From positions 31,879,858-31,943,857 of the forward strand of contig NC_068983.1 in the NCBI RefSeq assembly GCF_001194135.2: 64,000 bases of DNA, given 5' to 3'. How positions within the stretch are numbered: the first letter of the stretch is position 1; each line of letters begins with the position of its first letter. Below the pieces are notes generated by a model. The model did no database searches. It saw only the letters and a program-made list of their open reading frames with translations, and was not told where the DNA came from. This document shows, one piece after another, positions 12,196-26,334 of the stretch. Both the position numbers and the translations under genes were made by a program. The stretch is from Octopus bimaculoides. Its lineage: Eukaryota.

Positions 12196-12972
12196 CATAT
12201 ATATATATATATATANNNNNNNNNNNNNNNNNNNNNNNNNNNNNNNNNNNNNNNNNNNNNNNNNNNNNNNNNNNNNNNNNNNNNNNNNNNNNNNNNNNNN
12301 NNNNNNNNNNNNNNNNNNNNNNNNNNNNNNNNNNNNNNNNNNNNNNNNNNNNNNNNNNNNNNNNNNNNNNNNNNNNNNNNNNNNNNNNNNNNNNNNNNNN
12401 NNNNNNNNNNNNNNNNNNNNNNNNNNNNNNNNNNNNNNNNNNNNNNNNNNNNNNNNNNNNNNNNNNNNNNNNNNNNNNNNNNNNNNNNNNNNNNNNNNNN
12501 NNNNNNNNNNNNNNNNNNNNNNNNNNNNNNNNNNNNNNNNNNNNNNNNNNNNNNNNNNNNNNNNNNNNNNNNNNNNNNNNNNNNNNNNNNNNNNNNNNNN
12601 NNNNNNNNNNNNNNNNNNNNNNNNNNNNNNNNNNNNNNNNNNNNNNNNNNNNNNNNNNNNNNNNNNNNNNNNNNNNNNNNNNNNNNNNNNNNNNNNNNNN
12701 NNNNNNNNNNNNNNNNNNNNNNNNNNNNNNNNNNNNNNNNNNNNNNNNNNNNNNNNNNNNNNNNNNNNNNNNNNNNNNNNNNNNNNNNNNNNNNNNNNNN
12801 NNNNNNNNNNNNNNNNNNNNNNNNNNNNNNNNNNNNNNNNNNNNNNNNNNNNNNNNNNNNNNNNNNNNNNNNNNNNNNNNNNNNNNNNNNNNNNNNNNNN
12901 NNNNNNNNNNNATATATATATATATATATATATATATAAATGAATAATAATAGATGAGTGTACAGATACTAA

Positions 12973-13070
12973 ACTCTTACAGCCGTTTCTACCATGAGGC
13001 ATGGTAGATATACAGGGATGAATAAACATTGGACAGGGATGGAATAATCCCCAAGGCTTCTTCAGAGAGT
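12973..13070 (-). ncRNA. Type I hammerhead ribozyme motif, complete core, long helix II loop
   Basis: Minus strand: helix I ACUCU/AGAGU; CUGAAGA (13065-13059); helix II GCCUUGGGG/CCUCAUGGU (8 of 9 pairs incl. G.U); GAAA; helix III A-CGGCUG-U (near palindrome); triplet GUA, predicted cut after 12978. Confidence 0.7.
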
Positions 13071-14179
13071 CCAAATGTTAGGAAACTAACATGTGAGAAA
13101 GTAAGTTAAAATAATAGAGTAGGGTAAAATAAAAATGTAATAGACATAGTAAGGAATAGTAAAAACTTCATTATATATATATATAATGAAGTTCTTACCA
13201 TTATAGTCTTAGCTTATAATGAAAAGTATTATAGTCTACTTGTTTATATTCTTTTTACTATAGGTACAAGGCTTTGAATTTTGCGGGAGGGGGCTAGTTG
13301 ATTACATTGACCCCAGTGCTTGACTGGTACTTATTTTACCAACCCTGAAAACATCAACAGTTAAGTCGACCTTGTCAGCATTTGAACTCAGAATGTAAAT
13401 CTGGAAGAAATGCTGCTAAGCATTTTATTCAGCATGCTAACTATTGTACCAGTTTGCCAATTTAAGTCTACTTATTTATATTGAGTGTTTTTATTTATTG
13501 TTTGTACACTCAAATGTATATAATGTACGCATGTGTGCATCCACACACACACCCTACACCCACACAGACACTATGACAATGACTATACAGTCATAATGAC
13601 TGTGAATAAACTGCTATAAATACACTTTTAGTTTCATATTTTGATCATTAGCAATAGTTGTATATATTTACTTATTTCAACATGTTTCCTTGACAACGCA
13701 TGAAAACAAAATGTAGAGCATACATAAGGAGGAGTATGAGGGAGGGGAAGAGCAATTATTTGTCCAATTAATTTACTACCAAATACTTGATATCCTCTCA
13801 CCTTCAGCTATTCCTCCTTCCTTCCACCACCTCAGCACAACTTTAGTCAAGTCTTATTTTTGCTCCTCTCACTTCAAATATTTCTCTAATTGAGCATATG
13901 TATGATTGTATTTGTGTGTTTGTGTGAGTTTATGTGAGTGGATAGAGATTGTGTGTGTGTGTGTGTGTACATATATATAATATGTGTGGGAGTATGTATA
14001 TCTGTCTATATTACTGTTTTTTTAATGTTTAGTTATAAATAAAAACAGTTTAACATTAAGTTGAATCTCAATAGATTTTAGTAAAGCACATATTCATCAA
14101 CTGCAAAATCACTGTCAGCTATTTCATTGTAAAAGTTAACAAGCATATATATATGAAAACTTGTCTATGAATGCATATA

Positions 14180-14974
14180 CAGGGTGCAGTGAATAAACTG
14201 CCGTCTAAATTGTGCAAAAATGAAAATAACACTGACATCTCATTTTAACTGATATATTTACCAAAATTGCACAAAAATATCTTGAAATACTAAAGAATAA
14301 AATTTATTCAATAAAATCGCCATTGGCTTCAACCACGGCATCTCTTCGGAATCTCTTGCTACTCTTCCAGATGGTCTCTTTGTTTAAGTTGGTGAATGCT
14401 ACCATAATCCTTACCTTTAGTTCATCTTTGGTGTTACAAGGAGTTGTGGTAGTTTCTTGCTCAAATGCACCACACACATAATAATCAAGGGGATTGCAGT
14501 CTGGGGAGTTAGTTGGCCAGATGTTAGGGGTGGTGTGGTTGCAGAAATTGTCTGATAGCCACGACTGGGTTCTCCTGCTTGTATGGCATGGTGCAGAGTC
14601 CTGTTACCAAACATAGGGTCTTCTAGCAGCCACTCTCTTGACCCAGGGCAGCACTACCTTCTCCTGGCACTTGATGTAGGCCTCCGTGTTGAGTCTGAGG
14701 CCATGTGGAAAGATGAGTGGAGGCATAATGTCACCATCACTAGTGATCACTCCCAACACCATGATGTTGACTGGATGTTCTTCAAGCGCGAATGCCAAGC
14801 AGTACAGCATGTCGTATCCAAATTTCTGGCAGAGTGAATTGCGTCATGATGCAATTTCTCAGACAGTGCCCAACTGACCCTACTATACTGTGTAGTCAAC
14901 AAAATTAAAAACAAACAATGCACATACACGAAATTAAAAATATAAAATGACGACAATTTACCCATAGCACCCTG
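14180..14974 (-). mobile_element. Internally deleted Tc1/mariner of DD37D (maT) type
   Basis: TA-flanked TIRs CAGGGTGC... (20/26 match). Transposase remnant IMVLGVITSDGDIMPP...W*QDSAPCHTS...WPTNSPDCNPLDY with 37 residues between the 2nd and 3rd Asp. Confidence 0.9.
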
Positions 14975-15349
14975 TATGTGTGTGTATTAGGTTAAAAACA
15001 TTTGCATGAACAAAATCAGAATACTCAATATGTATAGTAGAGTGAAATATATATAACTGTACAGTGCATTGGTCATATTACATTGCAGCTCAATTTCATA
15101 CCTAAGGTTGCTATGTATAAAAACTCAAATTTTTATTCTAATATCAGCACCATATATGAATTGTTACACGTTTCATGTAAAGTTTTTGGTACTGTTTTGA
15201 AAATATGTAAGGGGCATAACTCATTGTATCATAATATTTAATGTTAAGAGTCAATTGAAATCATGAAAATACCAATCAGCAAGGATTGATAATATAAATG
15301 ATACACTGTGGAGATCAGGAGTCTTTCACCACGAGTAGAGGAAGAGAGT

Positions 15350-16790
15350 GTGAGTGTTCCAAGTAAATATTAAAATATCGATCTATTCAATTATTCAGTT
15401 TACTGAAAGGTGAGTCCAGAGGAAGCCCTCTAGCAACTGGTGAGATTAATGCTGTAAGTCAACTCCTGTAGAAAAGACATGAGGAGGGAAAAGATTCCAG
15501 AAGGTTGATGTTCTGGGAAAGAAGGACTAGGCCCAGTATTAGGAAAGCGGGATTAGATGCAACAAGAGTGACAAGAGGTGTAGAGTGGATCAGATACCTG
15601 AGTGGTGGAGGTATGAGACCACCCAGCTCAAAGCAGAGGTCATTATAGTAGTGATAGAAATGACAAAAAGATAAGTCGGCATGCCTCTGACCAGTGACTA
15701 GAGTATGTGTGCAGTAGTGATGGAATACCAATTGGCTAAGTGGCTCTTGAGATCCAGGATGTCAGTGTGCATAGCAGCAACATTACCCAAAATGTGGCCG
15801 CAGTGCTCCCATTGTTGGCTTCATTTGAGTCTTGTAAAGTATGAACAGCTTTTGGGGGATGAAATATCTTCTGCCCTAAATAGAAAGGTTAGCTATGCAA
15901 CTAATGTGTTTGTATCAAGAGAGATCCTCAATGATAGTGAGGCCCTGTATTTGATGCAACTGTGAAGGCTCTGAGTTTCTCCCATGTATGGGGTGGGTTG
16001 CCATGCTGTTTTATTTATATGAGTACTGCTTTAACACTTGAGAGGGTTTTTTTTTTCTAATAAAAGAGACAGAATTGGCATGGCCTCACTGGAGAATGCT
16101 CTCAAGGTCTCCATTTAATGGATGTTTCCATTACTTTACTCTCATTCTAATATCTTCACTACTTAGAGATGTTAGAAGTGAGAATAATGAGGTGATAATT
16201 GACTGGGTTAGAGAAGTGCCTTTCTTTGAAATGGGACACATTGAAGCATACTTCTAATTATTGGAGTATATCACTGAAGAAATTGAGAAATTAACAAGTT
16301 TGTTAAGTATGGGAGCATGTTCTTGAGTGCATTGTTTAAGTGTAATGGAAAGGACATTGTCAGTCTGTGACCTTGTTTGTGAGCAGGGCAGAGAAACCTA
16401 TTGGATTGGAAGAAAGTAAATTTAGAGACAAATACCTCAGGGGCTACAGTGCAGAGTTTGATGTAAAGGTGGTTGCTTTCTCCATGAGTGTACTCAAGGA
16501 GCCATCATTGTTTAAAAGAGGAGAGAAAGAGAACTGCAAAGTTGGTGGAGATTTTTTTGAAAAGAAACCAGAAGAAACAGCTGTAGTTTAGAAGGCAGGA
16601 AAGTTTGAAAGCAGGAAACGACTACAAGGACTTTTGTTTTGTGGGAGACATGAACAGACATGCCTAAAAGGATGGCCTCAGTCAACTGTCTTGATGTCTT
16701 TGGTAGGTTAGGAGTGAACCATATGTGCTGCCAGGAATAATTTACATATAACTGGCAGAGCCCAACCAATTAGATGGTTGTGTTATTTTC
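15350..16790 (-). mobile_element. Degraded CR1/L2-like LINE RT remnant
   Basis: Minus-strand KYASMCPISKKG / SNPVNYHLIILTSNISK matches the PI.KKG..s.p.NYRPI.LtS motif; many stops. Confidence 0.65.
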
Positions 16791-18527
16791 CAGTATTTCA
16801 GTAGATATTTATCAAGATAGCAACATTTGGTGATGATTTTTGACTGACACATAAATATGGGCATTTATTAAGTTTGTTTAGTTATCAGGCTCTTTTCTGC
16901 TTTGCATAACCCCACCATTTTTTGTAACATTTCTGGGTGGTCTGTCTCCACTTTATATTGAATGCAATAGCATGTCCTTTCAAATTCTGGGTATTTGTTT
17001 TATAAAAACATACTTGTATGCATGTGCACGTGTAAAAATATATGTTCATGTCTTTGTAAGTGTTTGTGTGGGCATACACACACACATTCTAACATGCTGA
17101 ATGGAAGTGCTATACTTGGAAGACAGGAGAGCTTTTAAATTTTCCATTTTCCAAATTCCACAAAAACTATGTGGTATTTATGCATATTTTAACTTGTTTT
17201 TTTACAGGTGAATTTTACCTCACAGATTATCATTTCAGTATTGCGTGCACGTGCACACATGCACATTTTGATATATATGCCTATATATGTATAGTATATG
17301 TGTATTTGTGGGATGAATAATAATCATCATCATTTTCACATCTACTTTTCTGTGTTTGCATGGTTCAGGTGGAATTCATTGAGATAGATTTTATACAAAC
17401 AGATGCCTTTCCTATTGCTAGTCCTCATCTGTTTCCAAGTAAGGTAATATTTCCCCCCTGCTTGAACATGTTTTCTCAGACAGTACTTGTATGGTAGTAA
17501 CACTTGCCTACAACTATCATGTGATCTGAAGACAAATATTTGCACACAAATACATATTTATAACAGGTTTCTTTTAGTTTCTATTTATCAAATCTACTCA
17601 AAAGACTTTGGTCTGCCCAGGCTGTAGTAGAAGACACTTGAACACTTGTCCAATGTGCCACACAGTGGGACTGAACCTGAAACTATGTAGTTGAAAAACA
17701 AACTTTATAACCACACAACCTTGTTGCACATGAGCATGCATGTACATTCATGTATACCAAATTTCCTGTATAACCACTCATGAACATACATGCGTGCACA
17801 CATACACACCTCCGTTTACTTATCTACCCTTACTTAGGAAAAGATTATTATACTATATTGACCTACCTACTACATTAAAGCATGTGAAGGATTTGGAGAG
17901 GGCTACTGTGTGTTGAAGAGGTGAGATGTCTACCTCTCTGAAACAATATGTCATTCAGGTGAAGGAGATTTTTTTTGTCTTCCATTTTTAGAGGGTTGAT
18001 CAACCCTGTAGAAGTAATTAAATCACCTTCAAATCATGGCTTCTCTTTAAAAGAAAAGAAAGGCTACATAATATAGTCCAAGATAACAGATAGTATGGCC
18101 ACCAACTCTTTTTGATCATGGGCTGACCCAGGGTTAAACAACAGCAACAGCAACTTTCTTGAAATGAAAATAGCTATATTGACATAGTGATTGTCAAACG
18201 ATGTGAGTGGGGGAGGGTAGTCTTTGAATTTTTCTAAACATAGTGTCAAGGGTGGGAGTTGGTTCTATTGCTGGGGTATGGTGAGAGTGAGCTGTGGACT
18301 GGGGTTCATAAAGTAGATACATTAACCACCACCACACCCGGCTTAGGTCACCCTTAACTACTATCTCTGCTTTTGACTGAAATTCAAAGTGGCAGTGGTG
18401 GAATAAGGGGAAGGGTGCGGGTAGCAGTGATAATGATGATTAACCTTATAACATTCTTCAACCCACATGGGTGGGGTGGTAAGTGGATGTTACTAAATTT
18501 ATTGACATTTTGCTGGAAATAGTGTCA

Positions 18528-18624
<97 letters not shown>
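18528..18624. repeat. (CT)n microsatellite; other SSRs at ~6740, 24460 (AAT), 24960-25020, 30520 (CA), 45330 (TAT), 51490 (TA)
   Basis: Directly visible. Confidence 0.95.
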
Positions 18625-18625
<1 letters not shown>

Positions 18626-21301
18626 GTATATATTCACCAATACTTAAATTCACAAGTACACAACAAACATTAAATACACACAGTGCAATAAACACATATG
18701 GATATATATTCATATACATACATGCACAAATTGTAACTTGCTATTAGTATAATATATAGAAATATTATCTACATTTAATTTTACAACTGATAGCATAAAC
18801 ACGATAAAGAAGTTGATGGTGTTGTTGCTGTAAACAGAAAGAAATCGTAAGACATTACCCACCTCAGATATGGAAGCTAAAAATAATTGTCCCCTAAGCC
18901 CAAGAAAGGTTGTAAGAGGGCAAAATACTTAACTCCGGTTTCTTAGTGTGAAGCAAATGAGAAATATCTCTCAGCCTCTGGTTATGACACCAGCTTGTCA
19001 TAAGTAATATTCCCAAATGATCTGGTGCCTTACTTCTTGTTGATATCTTTGTAGGCTGGTTTGTGGTATCCATGTGAACTGGCTCGTAGGAACTGAGTTG
19101 ATTGGGTGAGGGCAACAAGGTGGACACTGGTCATATTAATTGGGTTGACTAGGTTGTGGCAACTGGGTTGACTACTTTGTGGAAACTGAATGGAATGGGT
19201 TGTAGCAGCAGAGTGGACTAGATAATGGAAACTAGGTGACCTTGGTCATGTCATCCAGGCAGACTTGATTGACTGGGTTGTGACATCTGGGTGACCTGAG
19301 GTATGTAAATGAAATCATTCTGCTCAGAAACAATGAAATTCCATTAGCCAACTTGAAATGAAGCTAGATCATATAAGCTGGCTGTCTAGTCTAATAAAAC
19401 ATCACAACACCCATTTAATCAATTCACTTCTACAGTGTCACAACACTATCTATAACAATGAACTGTACCTATGCATAGTGCTTAGTTTGCTTCTTTTTTT
19501 TTTATGACATTACAATCACAGACTGTTAACTAGGAAGAAGATTGTACAATTTGTTTAATATCCAGTCACGGTGTGCAATATAGTTTTATTGCTGTTGTCA
19601 ATTGAGGTGGCGGTTATAGTGATACTATTTGTTTGCTCTCTGGGTAAATAAAATAAATACCAGTCAAATATTGGTGTTAATTCAGTTGGCTGTATTATGT
19701 GCCATTGTAAAAAAAACCTTTGTTATTGCCCTTGTTCACTTTCCAATCATGTAATTTCCAGTTCTATCCTATTGTATGACATCTCAGGCAAATGTCTTCT
19801 ATTATGACCACAGGCTGGTCAAAAACTTTGTAAGTGAATTTGGTTGTCAAAAACTGAAAGAAGTTTGGTGTGTGTGTCCATCTTTGTCTTGACATCACTC
19901 ACTAGATATAAATGAGGTCCCATATTTCTAATCTTCTATGAAAATATGTCTGGCTATGGGAAAATATTACCTGCTTGAAAACAGGTCAAGGTTGGTGACA
20001 GGGAGGACATCCAGCCATATAAAATTAGCCTCATGCAAGAGTGAAAAAGTGAATTTTAAGATCATGATAAGGATGGCATTAGCTAATCTTATATCTGTAG
20101 AGTTACTTGATTGACCCTAGATGGTGGTCCTTATCTTGGAACTTTGCTATACTTTGTGAACTTTCCATTTTATTTTAGTTGATTTCAGTGCAATCCCCTG
20201 TGCTTTCTGTAAACTCCCTGAAATGCCTCCCCACTCCTTGTCCAACACCCTTTTGGCAATAAAAAGAAAGATTGTTGTCATTAATTCTCACAACAGTACT
20301 GCAACCTCTTATGTTTTTAATTATTCTATATTGCAAATTGAATTTCTTTTGTTTGAGAATGGACAGCATCTTCAATTTTTTGTAGGATTTCAAAAGAAAT
20401 TTCATTTTTCACTGGTGCTAGGAATATTAAACTACTATGCTTCCATTTAATTCTGTTCCTTTATTAGAAAGAAAAAGAATGCAGTTGCAGTACATGTTGC
20501 AAATGATTTTTACATAATCAGTCTTTGTATTTCTCTTGTAACTAAATTTATTCTTTGACTCTGCTCCTACTCTCATCCTATCTTTCAGTTGCAATAGTCT
20601 GTAACTAAAACTACTTGGAAAAGAAATCAACGAATCTTTTTAGATATTCTTGCCAAAACCACTAAATTCATTGATATTATTCAAAGTTTAACATGTTTTC
20701 CTTGGCATTGTACTATCATTTGTATCTCTACCATAAGTTTTAAATGCAAAATAGTAAGTTTACATTTTTATTTAATTATTTCTGCATGCAAGAGAGGTGT
20801 TTGTAACAGTTGATGCTGTGTAATTAGAATGTTGAGTAAAAAAAAAGAAACATGAATTTGTTATTATCAGGTAGTCCAGGTCAGCTTAGCTCGAGTTTAA
20901 CCAAAGTATTTAATCAACATATATCTATGTCTAGCCAGCTCGCTTTTAATGTGAATGTGTTGTTTTAAAATCTAACACTTTAAAACAAGTGGTTTGCATT
21001 TTAAAGATAGTAGGATGATTGTAGGGAAAGATTTATGTTCTGATAGTCAAGTAACTATTTAAAAGCTCCTTTGCTGGCAAAGCAGCTTGCAGTTCAGGCA
21101 AACCAAAGATGTGATTTTTGAAAGCAATCCCAGGCTAACCATGATCAAAGTTGTTCCACTCATGAGTCCTTTATCTTTTTGAATATATCTATAAAGACAT
21201 TGGCTAATATGGCTTTCAATTTTAAAAAGATTGTCTGCTATTTCTAGCAGGTTGAGCAACAACATAGAGGCTCCCTCGTTGTTTTGTCTTAATTGTAGTT
21301 G

Positions 21302-21469
21302 ATCATCATCATCATCATCGTCGTCGTTTAACGTCCGCTTTCCATGCTAGCATGGGTTGGACGATTTGACTGAGGACTGGTGGACCAGGAGGCAACACCA
21401 GGCTCCAATTTGATTTGGCAGAGTTTCTACAGCTGGATGCCCTTCCTAACGCCAACCACTCCGAGAGTT
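21302..21469 (-). mobile_element. RTE 3'-tail fragment
   Basis: Tail consensus. Confidence 0.85.
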
Positions 21470-22589
21470 GGGTAGGTAATTTGTAAATTCAAGCGAAATT
21501 GTTCACATGTTATTCTGCTTTTGCTTAACAGTGCACAACAGACTGCAGATACCAAATATCACAGTTCATTTCACAGCAAAGTTACAAGTTTTATGATTTA
21601 ACCTTAAAATTTGAATAGAAATTATATGTTATTTTTGTCATGATGACATAAATAAGAGATAGGAGTAAAGGGAAAAGGAGTGCTCAAATGATATAGTGAA
21701 AGATTGAATCAACTGGGACAATTTGTAAATGCTTTTTACTATAATTCTCCTTTTGGCAATATGTTAAGTTGTTTTTATGTAACTTGAAATATTATCAATT
21801 ATGTTAGAGTTGTTAGGGGTTAGAACAGACAGCAACATGAGCTTAATTCCTCACATACTTTGACAGTCCCTTTAAGATACACATCAGCATTGGTAGTCAC
21901 TAACTGGTATAGTCACTCTACTTACTGTTATTCTTGCCTTCTCAACTTGAAAAAAATGAAATTTCCTTATACAAGATACTCTGTTTTAAACAAGTCTGCT
22001 TTGAATCGCATTCTGCTTAAAGTCACATTCTTTATAAACAATTTGGTGTTTAGTGTAAGCAGTCTTTCCTCTAAAGAGACTGAAAAAGTTTCCAGAAAAG
22101 AAAATATAGTCGGTGCTAGATTAACATTGCTGATGCCATAACAAAATTCAAGTGGTTTTGGTATGAAAGTTTGGTGCTGATTTAATCAGTCAGTTGCTAA
22201 ACATTGGCTGTGAACCATTCCTCTTTCCTGTTGTTATTGTGTCTACATAACAGAAAATAAGCTAACTTTGAGTAACTTTTCTATAAAAGCTTCAAATATT
22301 TCCTTTAACTTTTTTTTTTTCTGTTTCTTGCTTAGCACTTCTGTGTAATGGCACTTTTATATGACTCCTAGTACTGTAAAAGAGAATTATAGAATATAAT
22401 AATCCTTTCATAAACAGTAAGAGTTAGTTAAGGCCAGTGCTTAACTCCGTCTTCTAAAGCAGTAAGTAAATATGACACAGATCTACTCTTGAATAGAATG
22501 CTAGTCTTTTGCAACTGTAAGAAAACCAGAAATATATTATAGAACAGTTTGATATTTAATACCACATTCTATTGTATAACATAATGAGA

Positions 22590-22960
22590 AATATGATATT
22601 ACAGATGAGTGAATTGGAATACCTGAGTGAAGATGGCAGAAGACCAGATGGGTGTGTGGTGGTGGGGGGGTCAATATTTTCTGCCCTGAAGAAACGGGCT
22701 AGTTTTTGGGATCCTATCCTAGCTATGTTAAGGGTATGTTTTTGCCAGATGTGATCCTAGGTGATAGTGAGGCCTCTGGTTGCATGCTGCTTACGTTTAG
22801 TGGGAGTAATATATAAATTTGGAAAACATGTAAAGCACTTAGGGTTATCAGTTCACATTCAGGTGGAAACGCTCTGGCTGGGTTGGGCCAGAGCACCACC
22901 ACAATTCTGATCTTCCACCATTCCTCATACTGAGTTCTGGTACCACAAGATCTCAAGACC
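22590..22960 (-). mobile_element. CR1/L2-like LINE C-terminal remnant
   Basis: Minus-strand IARIGSQKLARFFRA resembles the A..AS.KLG.L.R region after RT. Confidence 0.45.
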
Positions 22961-23499
22961 AGCAATTTCAGGGGAGGGGTTAAGTCAGTTAGATTGATCC
23001 CAGTGCTCAACTGGTACTTATTTTATTGGCCCCAAAAGGATGAAGGGCAAAGTTGACCTCGGCAGAATTTTGATAATTATAATAATAATAATAATAATAA
23101 TCCTTTCTACTAAAGGCACAAGGCCTGAAATTTGGGAGGAGGGGACTAGTCAATTACATTGACCCCAGTGTTTCAGTGGTACTTATTTCATTGACTCCGA
23201 AAGGATGAAAGGCAAAGTCATCCTCAGGTTGTAAAGATGGATGAAATACCACGAAGAATTTTGCCCAGTATGCTAATGATTCTACCAGCTCACCACCTTA
23301 TTATAATAATGATGATGATGATGGTTTTAACATAGGTACAAAGCTTGAAATTTGGAGGAACAGGATTAGTCAATGAAATCAGCCTATAGGAATGAATTTA
23401 CACTTTACTGTATCAATTCCAAAAGGATGAAAGACAACACTGACCTCAGTAAAGTTTGATGATGATGACATTGACAATGAATTCTTTTCTTTGCCACAA

Positions 23500-24020
23500 G
23501 AGTATCAGATGAAAAGGGTAATTCAAAAACATTACATAACAGAGAAATCAAATGAGAAAAATAAAAGTACACATACTATACAAATAGCTGATGATGCAAT
23601 CCTTCTTATTGAGGAGAACCTCTAATTATGGCTAATCAAAGAACTCCACAAATCCAAGACAATCCTGACCACCAAAGCAAGTGGTCTCTCCCAAATGTCA
23701 TCTAATATTCTAAGATTAGATCCAGTGTCATCGCTCGCTTTCCTTTCAGTAAATTTATTGGAGGAAAACACCTATTTCCACCTGCCACTTTCCTTTCCAA
23801 ATGGAACTTGAAAAAGTCAGTGAAAAAGTCTATCTTCAATCCTTTCAAACTCACTTGCCCCACAACCTCTTTTGCCACAAGACAGAGGAAAACTGCTTGC
23901 ACTTTCCAGCTAAAAGAGGGTGGAGGAGTGCTCTTCACAATGAACAGGCAACAACAGCTGCTAAACATAATTCTGCAAGTCTGAAATACCAGGACACTGA
24001 ACAAGTGCACATAGAACAGT
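23500..24020 (+). mobile_element. Possible Penelope-like element remnant (GIY-YIG endonuclease end)
   Basis: Frameshifted pieces KIKVHILYK, NVI, KFIG, QNGT, QDRGKLLAL, MNRQ fall in the order expected for a PLE endonuclease C-terminus. Weak. Confidence 0.35.
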
Positions 24021-24453
24021 AATAATGTTTTCTTACATAGAAACAAGGCATCAAATTTGGGGAAGGGAACAGTTTATTGTATTCAACCCAGTACTTGATT
24101 AGCTCTTTATTTTATCATACTTAGAAAGATAAAAAGCAAATTTACTGTAGTAATAGTAGTGGTGGTGGTGGTGGTGCCACTGCCATCAGAAATTTGGTGG
24201 AGGTGAGGAATTGCTTATATTGATCTCAGTGAGATCTGAACTCAGGAACATGCAGCTAATATTGAAAGGCATTATTTAGGCCAGTGATCTACTGTTTCTG
24301 GCTCAAAACCACAAATTTGTAGTGGTGGGCTATAGCCAATAGTATCGATTTTTGTTTATTATTGGTTCTTATTTTATATCAACATACCCCAGGAGGAATT
24401 AAATATAAAATTAGCACCAATGAATTGAGAAATGAAATCAAAATACAGGTTGG

Positions 24454-24494
<41 letters not shown>

Positions 24495-24971
24495 CCTTTC
24501 TACCATATAAGCACAAGGCCTAAAATTTTAGGAGAGTGAGTAATCGATTACATCTATCTTAGTGCTCCAATGATACTTATTTCACTAACCCTGAAAAGAT
24601 GAAAGGCTAAAGTCAACCTGGGTGGAATTTGAACTCAGAACGAAAAGCCAGAAGAAATGCCACTAAGCATTTTGTCCAGCATGCTATCAATCCTGCTAAG
24701 TATTTTGAGGGTGGGGAGCAAATCAATACCATTCAGTATTTGATTGGTACTTTTATTTTGATTGACTCAGGGTGTATGAAAGGCAAAGTTGACCTCAGTG
24801 GGATTTGAATTAAGACATAAAGAGCCACAGTAAATACCACAAGGCATTTTGTCCTGCGCCCTAACAATTCTGCCAGTCCTGTTTCTTAAAACTTTCATTT
24901 CAGCTATTTATTTGAAATCCTTTTTATCACTTTCTCCATCATCATCATCATCATCATGTGTGTGTGTGTGT

Positions 24972-25022
<51 letters not shown>

Positions 25023-26334
25023 CTCCCTGTTTCCTTCCATCCATGCCATTCATGAGCAAAAAGTTCATAATTTAAGTGTAATTCTGTTCATAATTTCAAA
25101 AAGTTCATAATTTAAGAGTAATTCAAGTGTAAATAGGTAAATGGCAGTGGCAGTGGGAGAGAGAGAGGGGGTACTACAAACACTTTAAGCATAGAAGAAT
25201 CAGAATATTTCAAGAATTTTGTTCAAGATGAGTATCAATGACCTGACTGGGGTACCTGGCCACCCATACCACCCTACCTGCTATTACTGGCTTACTGCTG
25301 AAAACTATGAGGGGGTAAACTCCCAGTATGCAGTCTGCTGCTAGGGTTCTATTTGATTCCTGTCTGTAGGCATTTCTCTTCACTTCTCAGACTTTCTAGA
25401 AAAAGTATAAACATCCTAATATCTCATTTCTGTCCCTCTTCTTACATTACTTTGTAAATCTATGCGGCTAAGTGTTTGAATCTGTTTAAAGACATAGTAA
25501 ATTATAGTAAATAAATAAAGCCTGATGTAGGCTACTATAGATATTATCAACATCATCATTGTAACAAACTGTCATCACTGCCAAACAGAGATGAAAGAGC
25601 AAGTTTTAAGAGTTATTGTTTATCTTACTTAGACCTGGCTGAGCAGACCTATGAGCAAAGACATTCCAACCATGACCCTCTCATCTAAGTATCAGTGACT
25701 AAAGTGTCCAGTGTCTTTTTTTTTTTTTTAGACTATTGAATATGATTTGAGAAAGATTTAGCTGCCATTTCTAGCAGGCCAAACAACCACTTAAAGGCCT
25801 CCCTCATTGAAGAAATTGTCCAGGGTGGTGGCTAGTAGATTCTTGTATAATTAATAGATTTCAAAGCGAAAGTGTTTAAGCAGTAACTTGTCTGTGGCTG
25901 CGAGAATCCATTCACAAGAACAATCTAGGACTTTGTTTTTTATGGTATAGGAATTTTTTTTATCTTACTGCATTCCTACATATTCAGCTACATGTGTTGT
26001 GCAGGGTGGGGTAAGACAGACAGACATAAATTCATTGATTTAGAGGTGGATTTCTGTGTTGATTTCATACTGTTTGTTTTGTTTACTTTATATTTATGAT
26101 GCTGTTTTTACAGTTTCATTATCTGTTTGTTGTTTGTTTTTTTTAAGCTACAGAATTATAAAACACAACTTACCATCGTTAAGAAATCTTAGAATTTTCC
26201 AAAACTTATTTGACCTGTTTGAATTTCTGGTACAATCCCATTGATAATGTCCTGCTATATGGAGTTGAGGAGCTGACTTGTGTTGTTGTTGTTGTTGTTG
26301 CTTCAACAGTCAGAATTTGGTAACTAATTACTGC

